Of a DNA stretch of 36,090 bases, positions 6,892 through 15,252 are shown one piece after another. Positions within the stretch are counted from its first letter, which is position 1. Every line of letters begins with the position of its first letter. The DNA lies in the NCBI GenBank assembly GCA_002308515.1, contig DBVN01000118.1, positions 26,407 through 62,496 on the forward strand, in the 5' to 3' direction. A program made the translations under genes and the position numbers. Below the pieces are notes generated by a model. The model worked only from the letters and a program-made list of their open reading frames with translations. It did not search any database and had not been told where the DNA came from. Source of the stretch: Verrucomicrobia bacterium UBA1263. Its GTDB lineage: Bacteria; Verrucomicrobiota; Verrucomicrobiia; Limisphaerales; UBA1412.

Positions 6892-9800
6892 ATGTCTTGC
6901 AGGTTCACATTGCTCACAGGCGCAGCCGGTACCGGTAAAACCTGTCAATGTATCAGAGAAGCTGTTTCCACGTTAAAAACTTCTCCATCTGGGAAACCGC
7001 TTTTGTTTATCCTGCCCCGTCAATCCACCTTCCAGATGGAGCAAGCGGTCTATAGCAATGACAAGGAGATCGTTGGCAGCACACGACTTCAAATCGTCAG
7101 TTTTGAGCGTCTTTCGCTTTTTTTGCTTAAGCTGCTGGAACAAAATGTCCTTCAAACTTTGGATGAGGAATCGCATTCCATGCTGGTTCAGGCACTTCTC
7201 ATTAAAGAAAGAAAAGAACCACTCCAATTCTATCAAGGCCATTCCGACGATCCGGTTTTATCCATCCAGATCGCAAGAATACTCACACTCATCCAACAGC
7301 AAAATCAATCTCCGGAAAAGATCCTTCAAATGGCAGATGGATTGTCTCATCCCCGTCTGCGCTGCAAGATCCATGATTTAGCTATCCTCCTGGGTGAATA
7401 TCAGTCCTGGATAAAAAGTAAAAAAATCCTGGACGCGGATCATTCTCTGGACCAAGTTATTCAGGCGGTTCGTGATTGGCATCGGCTTCATCCTCGGCAA
7501 TCTCTGATCCAGCAGGTGTGGCTGGACGGTTTTACAGATTTGACACCTCAACAATTTGAAATGCTTTCTGCCCTAGCGGATGTCACCGATCAGATGACTT
7601 TCGCGGTCTGTATCAATGCAAATGAACTGGGTGAAAGTACCACCGCGCGCTCATTCTGGAACTTTACCTACCCGCTCTTCCAAAAAATACAGACGATCGC
7701 GAAAGAGGAAACGCAAATGAGCAAACACTCTTTGGATTCCAATTCCACGCTTGGCCGGTTCAAAGACTCTGTATCATTGCGATATCTTGAACATCATTGG
7801 CAGGGAACTACAGCAAAAGACAGTCTGGCCCCCTCCTCTCGCGATATTGAGATTTTCAAATGTGCGGGAACCTGGGATGAAGCGGTACTGATCGCACGAA
7901 AAATCACGGAATTCGTCAGAGATCCAGAGTCTGATCATCGTTATCGGGATTGCTTTGTTGCTTTCAGAAATCTCCAGGATTATCAGAACATCTTCAGGAA
8001 TGTATTCCGTCACTACAACATTCCTTTCTTTTTAGACATTCCGCAAAGCATTGCGCATCATCCAGCTATAGAGCTCACGCTGCATTTTCTTCATACCGCT
8101 GCATTCGGCTGGGATCAAGAAGTGATCCTTTCCATCTTCAAGTCTGAACTGGCAGGGCTAACTTTGGATGAAGCGGATGAGATCGAGAATGAATTACTCA
8201 AGCATAACTTCAACTGCGAGAATTTCTGGAAAAACAACCTTTGGAAAAAGGAATTTGTTCATTCTCGCAAAAAAGAGTCTTTAATCAAACTTTTTGGAAA
8301 TGCCAGTAATATAACGATCAGCGCCTTGCTCCAATTTGAAAAAGATATTTCCGGTGATCAGCCTGTGAGTTCTACAGAAGATTTCCTCAAACAACCTATT
8401 CCCTCTCAAAAAGTCGCTGACGCGATCCAACACATTTGGCAGAAATTTGATTTAAGAAGTCAGCTGGAAGAGTGGAGCGCATCCCAAAATGACCCCTCTT
8501 TTGCCATAGAAAGCGGAATATCTCCTCAAATCCATAGAACGGTCTGGACCCGCATGGAAAGCTGGCTAAGGATTTTCAAATTAGCCTTCCAAGGCGAATC
8601 TTATACACTGGAAAAGTGGTATGAAATCATTCAGGCCGGTTTCTCAGGACTCACCGTTTCCGCTATTCCTCCTTCCATTGATCAGGTCGTCATGGGCAGC
8701 ATAGATAGAAGCCGGAGCCAGAATGTAAAGTTCATGGTTTTTGGAGGTATGAATGACTCTGTTTTTCCCTATCTTGAAAATGAATCTACCCTGTTCACCA
8801 ATGAAGAAATCAAATTTATAGATCCTCAGAAAATCAAACTGGATCTCAGTGCATTAGAGAAAAAGCAAAGAGAAAATTATCATTCCTATATCGCTTTTAC
8901 ACGTCCCAGCGAAAAATTACTCATCACCTACTCCGAACAAAACTCGGAAGGAAATCAGCTTACCCCGTCACGATACATCAAGATCCTTCAAGAAGATTTC
9001 AAATATCCTATCCACGATTTTGCGGAAAAGGATCTTGCTATAAAAGATTGTATTTCCGAATGTGAACTTTCTCATTTCATCCACCATGAGGAAAAGCCTC
9101 GTTCTTTTACTGTAACGGAAGATGCTATTTTAAAACATTATGGAAATACACTTCAATTAAGCGTGAGCAAACTGGAAACCTATGCCAAATGTCCGTTCAG
9201 TTTTTTTGTAGAGTATGTTCTGAAATCCAAAGAACGGGAAGAATGGGCTTTGGGGCGCGATAAACTGGGGACTTTTACGCATAAAGCTTTGGAAATTTTC
9301 CATCAGAAAGTCACTGAAGAAAATTCCACCTGGCGGGATGTCATCAGGAATGCTATAGATAACGGAGAACTTGAAGCCATCATTCAGGAGTGTGTAGAGG
9401 AAGCTTCTCATGACATTTTCAATGAAGATCAGGATGAGACCTTCGTCCTGGAAGGCGGCTATTCACAATTTCTTCAGGCCAAACAAAAAATCTATCTTTA
9501 TCTCAGGAATTTAAATAACTATTTTTCCACTTACAAATTTGATCCGGCACTGTCTGAACTCCGGTTCTCTCCTGATTCCAAAGAGCAATTCCATTGGAAT
9601 ATCAACGAAAAAGGAATATCTGTTTGCTTCAAAGGAACTATAGACCGCGTCGATGTTTACCAGGATGACCAAAACAATCTGTGGCTGGCCGTTATTGACT
9701 ACAAAAACAGCGAACACAAATTTAAAGAAAATGAATTTAAAGCCGGATTAAATCTTCAGCTGACTGCCTACCTCTGCGCTTTGCGGGAAGACATTAAAGG

Positions 9801-10275
9801 CATTCTGAAGTTGTTGGGAAAAGATAATATCTCTCCTGATAATGTCAAACTGGCCGGAGCATTCTATTTGAATCTCAGCACTCCCAAAGGTAAAGATGGA
9901 AATTTACCCGAAAAACTTTTTCAGCTTCGCGGAAGGTTTGATCAGAGTCTGATATTGGAAAATGAAACCCCTATTCTGGACTGCATCCCTTTTAAAAGCA
10001 GGTCTCAACATTTTGCCGTAAGAACCAGTGAAAAAGGCATCTATAAAAGTAGTGAAGATCCTGTTACTGAAGAAAAACTGAAAGAACTCATTGATCAGAC
10101 TAGGCAAATCATTCTGATTCTCTCTAAAAATATCATGCGCGGACAATTCCCTGTCGCCCCCAAAAAGGATTCCAAGACCTCCTGCCTGTATTGTCCGGCA
10201 AAAACCGTCTGCCGTTTTGATCTGCGAAAATCGAATTTTCTACCTCTTGTTTCGCTTTTGCCGCAGTCTCAATAA
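6892..10275 (+). CDS. addB: AddB-type ATP-dependent helicase/nuclease subunit (PD-(D/E)XK nuclease with iron-sulfur staple)
   Basis: N-terminal Walker A LLTGAAGTGKT. C-terminal nuclease motifs GTIDRVDV and LAVIDYKNS. The four-Cys pattern typical of AddB is present: YAKCPFSFF (about nt 9190) plus CLYCPAKTVC (C-x2-C-x5-C, about nt 10183-10212). Length 1127 aa. The ATG lies 2 nt after the stop of the preceding gene. Confidence 0.8.
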   Translation: MSCRFTLLTGAAGTGKTCQCIREAVSTLKTSPSGKPLLFILPRQSTFQMEQAVYSNDKEIVGSTRLQIVSFERLSLFLLKLLEQNVLQTLDEESHSMLVQALLIKERKEPLQFYQGHSDDPVLSIQIARILTLIQQQNQSPEKILQMADGLSHPRLRCKIHDLAILLGEYQSWIKSKKILDADHSLDQVIQAVRDWHRLHPRQSLIQQVWLDGFTDLTPQQFEMLSALADVTDQMTFAVCINANELGESTTARSFWNFTYPLFQKIQTIAKEETQMSKHSLDSNSTLGRFKDSVSLRYLEHHWQGTTAKDSLAPSSRDIEIFKCAGTWDEAVLIARKITEFVRDPESDHRYRDCFVAFRNLQDYQNIFRNVFRHYNIPFFLDIPQSIAHHPAIELTLHFLHTAAFGWDQEVILSIFKSELAGLTLDEADEIENELLKHNFNCENFWKNNLWKKEFVHSRKKESLIKLFGNASNITISALLQFEKDISGDQPVSSTEDFLKQPIPSQKVADAIQHIWQKFDLRSQLEEWSASQNDPSFAIESGISPQIHRTVWTRMESWLRIFKLAFQGESYTLEKWYEIIQAGFSGLTVSAIPPSIDQVVMGSIDRSRSQNVKFMVFGGMNDSVFPYLENESTLFTNEEIKFIDPQKIKLDLSALEKKQRENYHSYIAFTRPSEKLLITYSEQNSEGNQLTPSRYIKILQEDFKYPIHDFAEKDLAIKDCISECELSHFIHHEEKPRSFTVTEDAILKHYGNTLQLSVSKLETYAKCPFSFFVEYVLKSKEREEWALGRDKLGTFTHKALEIFHQKVTEENSTWRDVIRNAIDNGELEAIIQECVEEASHDIFNEDQDETFVLEGGYSQFLQAKQKIYLYLRNLNNYFSTYKFDPALSELRFSPDSKEQFHWNINEKGISVCFKGTIDRVDVYQDDQNNLWLAVIDYKNSEHKFKENEFKAGLNLQLTAYLCALREDIKGILKLLGKDNISPDNVKLAGAFYLNLSTPKGKDGNLPEKLFQLRGRFDQSLILENETPILDCIPFKSRSQHFAVRTSEKGIYKSSEDPVTEEKLKELIDQTRQIILILSKNIMRGQFPVAPKKDSKTSCLYCPAKTVCRFDLRKSNFLPLVSLLPQSQ

Positions 10276-10276
10276 A

Positions 10277-10753
10277 TCATTCACGAGACATGGCAATACG
10301 ACCGGTTCGAGTGATTTCCAAGATGGTAAAGTGATTCATTAGTTCAATGAATTTCTCGATCTTGGATTCTTGTCCCGTAACTTCCATGGTAAGAGTATCC
10401 ATTTGAACATCCACGATCTTTGCCCGAAAAATCTGACTGACCTGCATCGCTTCTGTCCGTGTTGAGGGTGTAGTCTGGATCCGGATCAAAGCTAATTCAC
10501 GATCGATATGAGCTTCATCCGCTCCAAAATCTTCCACCTTTAGAACATCTATCAGCTTATTGAGCTGTTTGACGATCTGCTCAATCGTTGCCTCATCTCC
10601 ATTGGTAACGATCGTCATACGTGACAATGTCGGATTATGCGTTGGTGCCACATTCAACGAATGAATGTTATAACCACGACCACTAAAAAGCCCCGCTACC
10701 CTTGTCAGAGCGCCAAATTTATTCTCAACTAATACGGATATCGTATGCCGCAT
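10277..10753 (-). CDS. ilvH: acetolactate synthase (AHAS) small regulatory subunit
   Basis: [50 protein letters not shown] aligns almost residue-for-residue with the enterobacterial IlvH N-terminal ACT domain ([39 protein letters not shown]). Length is 158 aa. Confidence 0.93.
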   Translation of the reverse strand: [158 protein letters not shown]

Positions 10754-10808
10754 AACAACAGATTAATCATAAATTTCCTCAGAGTCAATTCATTAACAAG
10801 CATCCCCT

Positions 10809-13475
10809 TTATTCCATGATGACTTCATACCAGATAGTGGAGACACCGGAATGATTGTCAGAAGTAAGAATGCATTTATCTCCTTTTGACACTAAGGGAA
10901 TTTCCTTTATCCGATTCCCTAATGGATCTAAAGCATAGCATTTAACTTTTGTATGGCTTTCCGGCAAAGTTATTTCAAATGGAACCGGTTCTGTCAGGAC
11001 CGGAGAATGTCCCCAGTGAGTCCCCACGGAATCATGTTTTTCATTTTTCCACTGCATATCCGTATTTTCCGTCCGTCCAGTAGCTATGATCAAAGCTTTG
11101 GAGGGAGCTTTAAATGTCTCACCTTTAACAAGAGTGACCCCAATAGTACTCCAGCCCAGTTCTGTATTCCCGGGACGAATGACAACATCCCCCAGTACAA
11201 ACTCCCTGTTATCTGTGAAACCGATCAGAGCTTTTGTTTTTGCTGTATTTACCTGAACAAAACTTTGTTTTGATTCTTTACCAAGCTGCCATTTCAGTTC
11301 TCCTGTATCAGAATCCATCTCTGATGTTTTTATGGATTCCGGAGCAGTCTTATGTGTGATTCCATTGGGAACTTCGCCCACACTCATCGCCACACGATGT
11401 TTCAAAGCGTATTCCGGAGTCAACCCCAAATGGCGAGCGGTAGCAATACTCCAGGGGCCGGTGCCTAACAGTTTTTCTAATTCCTTTTCAGGAGTCAACC
11501 CCATCACGATTTGCTCCTGAGCAGTCGCAACATCTTCTCTGCGGAAAAGATGCGAGGCCAATATCAAATTCGCCATCTTTGTTGTATGAGGAGCTGTCGA
11601 AAAGTAATCTCTAAAAACTCCCATATCCACTAACCCGTTGCCGGTGCCGTAATCAAAAAGCCAAAAACCATCCCAATCCTGCAACGCTGCATAAGCCGCT
11701 ATCAACAAAGGTCCTTCAGAGGAATAAGAATTAGGTGATGGATGTTGGTATTCTGTACAGAAAAAAGGTTTCCCCATAACCCTCTGGAGAGCGCAAGAGG
11801 TAAATGTATTGTTAAAAGTATCAGTCATGGGAATATTATCCACAGTCCAATTCTCGCTATTCCATGAGGCACCTTGAAATTGCGGATGCTGCCAGTAACC
11901 ATGAGAATCAACAATATCCATCTTGGCCTGAACATTCGCGGGACTGTTTGCCAGAATCGTACCAAAAATCAATCCCTCATATCCGCAAGTCTCACGCAAA
12001 TGGGAACACATCAGGCGATAATACCGATTCTCTAATCCCACCAGAAAGTCCAGCCAATCCTTTCGGGCTTCCCAAGTAGCCGGCACGTCACCCTGCCAGT
12101 CCACATTCGGGATATTTCCCTTTTTCAAGGAAGCGTTATCCGGGATATTCCCTAATGATCCTCCGTCCATCAACTGAATATCCGCAAACCAAACGGAACA
12201 TTTCTGATCTGCAAATCCGTTGAAATTAGGACGTATATTCTCTTCATCAGCAGGAACTAAATAGCTAAATGAAAAATGCTTCCATTCGTTGGAAAGCGAA
12301 ACGCTACGATTCAGTCCTGCGTCACCCCAGGGATCTTGAGACTGCATGACTCGGATGGTCATATCCAAAGCATGATCAGCCTTTGCCCAAAATGAAAGTG
12401 TTCTGACCTGTCCCTGGGTTTGTTTATTACCAGGCTGATTCAGTTGGACATGCCAGCTCGTATCTGAAGGTTCTTCAATATCTATCCGCAACGTGGATAG
12501 TCCTTCCGCTGGTCCGTCATTATCGAGTACTGTAGCTTTAGCTTTGCCGGAATGAACCTCTATTCTCCAGGGTGAATTCAAGTCTGCACCCTTTCCAAAT
12601 GGTTTAAGTGTATTCTCACCAAAAGGTTCTTTTTTAGAGTTCCAGGCCGTCCTCAGTTCTTCCACTGAGTCATAACGCTCCGCGAGCCATTCATTCCAGC
12701 GTGCCTGAAGCTGGCGTTTAAAAACATCAGGCAAATGATCCAGATATCCACTCATCCAAGCCTGAATGATCCCGTTTTCATTGATGATCTCCGCAAAGGC
12801 TACAACCGGATCTTTTGCCATGGGCAGCCCGGTATAGGGATTGACCGGAGTCAATATCCCCGTCGCGTATTCCTTCTGCAGTTCCAACGCCGTATCATTG
12901 AAGAAGCCAAGAATGTGCTGTACTTTCCACTCAACCTTATCTACTTCCGGCGGCAGTGAGTCGCTTGATTTAAACTGCCTGGATACCAGCAGGTTCATAT
13001 CCACATAAACACCATTGGTCTTCAGCTGGGAAATGAAGTAGTGCAGATCATCCAAACGCTGCTTATTGATATGCCGGGAATCCCCTTGTTTATAATCAAT
13101 CAGAGCATTACACCAGTTATTATCCACATGGTGAAAGCGCACGCCATTGATCCCGAATTTTGCCAGTCTGCCTGCCACTTTGGGTGCCATTTCGCGAGGA
13201 GGCAAACCGGATTCAAAGGTCATATTCATTCCAATGAACCGGATCCGGGGATCGGACTCCTGACCTTCCGACTCTTTTGTCAGGACAAGATGTCCGGATG
13301 GAGAGACTTTCACTCTCTCGTTCCCGATCGGAGGATTCATCTCCGCCACACTCACAACAGTTCTGTTGGTATCATCCCATGGCAGCACAAACGGGATCAT
13401 CTCCGCGTTCACAATAACAACTGAAGCTGCCAGTAAAACAACAGCATTATCAAAAATCTTTTTCATCATCTCCAA
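10809..13475 (-). CDS. secreted glycoside hydrolase-like protein (clan GH-A TIM barrel with an inserted CBM-like beta-sandwich)
   Basis: Signal peptide MMKKIFDNAVVLLAASVVIVNA. GINGVRFHHVDNNW and AEIINENG (candidate acid/base Glu, about nt 12777-12779) are followed about 340 aa later by FFCTEYQHP (candidate nucleophile). The intervening WRIEVHSGKAKATVLDN..TSWHVQLNQ..LSFWAKAD..WKHFSFSY segment looks like a CBM4/9-type module. The family and catalytic residues are tentative. Confidence 0.55.
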   Translation of the reverse strand: MEMMKKIFDNAVVLLAASVVIVNAEMIPFVLPWDDTNRTVVSVAEMNPPIGNERVKVSPSGHLVLTKESEGQESDPRIRFIGMNMTFESGLPPREMAPKVAGRLAKFGINGVRFHHVDNNWCNALIDYKQGDSRHINKQRLDDLHYFISQLKTNGVYVDMNLLVSRQFKSSDSLPPEVDKVEWKVQHILGFFNDTALELQKEYATGILTPVNPYTGLPMAKDPVVAFAEIINENGIIQAWMSGYLDHLPDVFKRQLQARWNEWLAERYDSVEELRTAWNSKKEPFGENTLKPFGKGADLNSPWRIEVHSGKAKATVLDNDGPAEGLSTLRIDIEEPSDTSWHVQLNQPGNKQTQGQVRTLSFWAKADHALDMTIRVMQSQDPWGDAGLNRSVSLSNEWKHFSFSYLVPADEENIRPNFNGFADQKCSVWFADIQLMDGGSLGNIPDNASLKKGNIPNVDWQGDVPATWEARKDWLDFLVGLENRYYRLMCSHLRETCGYEGLIFGTILANSPANVQAKMDIVDSHGYWQHPQFQGASWNSENWTVDNIPMTDTFNNTFTSCALQRVMGKPFFCTEYQHPSPNSYSSEGPLLIAAYAALQDWDGFWLFDYGTGNGLVDMGVFRDYFSTAPHTTKMANLILASHLFRREDVATAQEQIVMGLTPEKELEKLLGTGPWSIATARHLGLTPEYALKHRVAMSVGEVPNGITHKTAPESIKTSEMDSDTGELKWQLGKESKQSFVQVNTAKTKALIGFTDNREFVLGDVVIRPGNTELGWSTIGVTLVKGETFKAPSKALIIATGRTENTDMQWKNEKHDSVGTHWGHSPVLTEPVPFEITLPESHTKVKCYALDPLGNRIKEIPLVSKGDKCILTSDNHSGVSTIWYEVIME

Positions 13476-13485
13476 TAAATCAAAA

Positions 13486-14379
13486 TCAATGTTCTGTATC
13501 CTTTACTCCAAACAGGATCTCTATCAAAGAATAGTACGCCGGGGATACTTCGCTCCCCACAGGTTCGATCTGTCCTTGAACCATAACACTTTGTTCAGAG
13601 GAATCCACACGGGCATTCTTCAATATCTCAGCCCAGGACGGATCGGTAAAACTAAGCCATTTCAATGTTCGTGAAGTCTGCTTGGCAAAGCTTTTGGGAT
13701 CTGCTATAGCTTTAAGTATGAAGTTCATATCCACGAGACATTGTTTGGGTTCCGAGACAGAAAAACAAAGTTTTTTTACATTCTTTGTCAGCGAATCCGC
13801 GAACGGCAAATCGATCATCTCGCGAAACTGCTCGTCCATCACAATATCCAAGTAACTGTCTTTGGCAACTTTAGCTCCTTTCAATAATGGAGGGACTTCT
13901 CCTCCGGAGCCTTTCAGTGCGTCATTCAAATGCTGGGCATTGCGGCTGACATAGATCACCTTCGGTGTCAAAACCACTTTATATTCACCTTTTGAAAATC
14001 GAACGCTCTGACCGGAAGGCTGAGTGATCTTCAACTCTTTGCGGAGCTTTATCAGCCAGTTCGTTGAAAGAGGCTTAAAAATAAAAACCTGATCTTGAAA
14101 ATTAGTATATATTCCTTTGCCAAAGAAAGTAATACCACCTATCACAGTGCTGTTCCATTCCACCGAAGGTGAGATATTCCCGCCGTACCCTTCCAAAAGC
14201 GGATTGATCCATAAACGCTCAAAAGCTTTGCCAGTTTGGCTCTGGATCGCTTTCTGAACATCTACATGAAGCAGGAATCTTGAATCTTTGGGAATCCTGT
14301 TTTGTTCTAATTCTGACGCATTTGCTTGGAACCCAAGCAAATAAAAGAAAACAAACAGAATCAGTATTCCGTGACGCAT
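13486..14379 (-). CDS. secreted/exported hypothetical protein
   Basis: The track ORF is trimmed to the internal ATG at 14379, which gives MRHGILILFVFFYLLGFQANA/SE, a clean signal peptide. This ATG overlaps the TGA of the upstream gene by 1 nt (TGATG on the minus strand). No family recognised. Confidence 0.65.
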   Translation of the reverse strand: MRHGILILFVFFYLLGFQANASELEQNRIPKDSRFLLHVDVQKAIQSQTGKAFERLWINPLLEGYGGNISPSVEWNSTVIGGITFFGKGIYTNFQDQVFIFKPLSTNWLIKLRKELKITQPSGQSVRFSKGEYKVVLTPKVIYVSRNAQHLNDALKGSGGEVPPLLKGAKVAKDSYLDIVMDEQFREMIDLPFADSLTKNVKKLCFSVSEPKQCLVDMNFILKAIADPKSFAKQTSRTLKWLSFTDPSWAEILKNARVDSSEQSVMVQGQIEPVGSEVSPAYYSLIEILFGVKDTEH

Positions 14380-15113
14380 CAATTCTCTACGTGCATTTCC
14401 GGGCTGTAATACAACATACGCCCGCAGTTGATACAAGTCACATTAGGTTCTTCAGAAATACAGCTGAGAACCGCTTGCTGAGGCAGTTTGATATGACATC
14501 CCCCACAGGCTCCGCCATCGATCCCAACCAGAACATGACCTCTTTTATTCCTGAACATCCGCTCATAGCGGATCCTCAAAGCAGGCTCCACTTTTGCCTC
14601 AAGTTCTTTTCTTTTTTGTTTTCTTTCCTTAATTTCCTGAGTATGAGTTGCTTTTAATTTATCTATGGACAGAATACGCTCTTTATACGCTTTTTCGTTC
14701 TCTTTATCGCTCTTGGCGGAATCCTCATAAGTCTTCCGAGCCAACTCCTCAGCATCCATCAGCTCCAGCACTTTTGTTTCAAGCGTGCTGATATTTTTTC
14801 GAGCCGCTGCGATTTGATTCTCAAACGCACGGTATTCATCATTCTTCTTGGTTTGAAGCTGTTGCGCGGAATACTTCGCGATTTGAGCCTGCAATTCTTC
14901 GATTTTGGCTTCCATATCTTTGCGTGTGATACAGACTTGCTGATACTTTTCTTTCAAAGCCGTTGTTTTCTTGCGTCCATCCAGGACTTTTTGAACTATT
15001 TCCTCTCGAACAGGCGCAGAGGAATTCAATTCACCCTCCAGGCGAATCGTTTCCAAATCCCAAGTTTGCAATTCCAATAGACGCTGTAAATCTTCCCGCA
15101 TACCGCGCTCCAT
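14379..15113 (-). CDS. coiled-coil C4 zinc-ribbon protein (COG1579 / DUF164 family)
   Basis: About 190 aa of heptad-rich coiled coil are followed by CGGCHIKLPQQ...CINCGRMLY (two CxxC pairs). The family-typical KNDEYRAFENQI and RIRYERMF segments are also present. Confidence 0.8.
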   Translation of the reverse strand: MERGMREDLQRLLELQTWDLETIRLEGELNSSAPVREEIVQKVLDGRKKTTALKEKYQQVCITRKDMEAKIEELQAQIAKYSAQQLQTKKNDEYRAFENQIAAARKNISTLETKVLELMDAEELARKTYEDSAKSDKENEKAYKERILSIDKLKATHTQEIKERKQKRKELEAKVEPALRIRYERMFRNKRGHVLVGIDGGACGGCHIKLPQQAVLSCISEEPNVTCINCGRMLYYSPEMHVEN

Positions 15114-15177
15114 CCTAACAATCTATCCTGAAAAATACAATGGCTTTTCATCAAACAGACGCTTTTCCTGCAAAAAG

Positions 15178-15214
15178 TAAAAGGCCGAACTCTGTACAGA
15201 ATCCGGCCTTTTTA
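15178..15214 (-). terminator. bidirectional-looking Rho-independent terminator after the 1701-aa gene
   Basis: AAGGCCG (15181-15187) pairs with CGGCCTT (15204-15210). An internal palindrome TCTGTACAGA forms the upper stem. A-run and T-run flank the hairpin; read on the minus strand the hairpin is followed by TTTTACTTTTT. It lies 39 nt beyond the stop at 15253. Confidence 0.6.
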
Positions 15215-15252
15215 TTTCATTTAGTTATAACTAAATGCGCATCAAGTAAATA

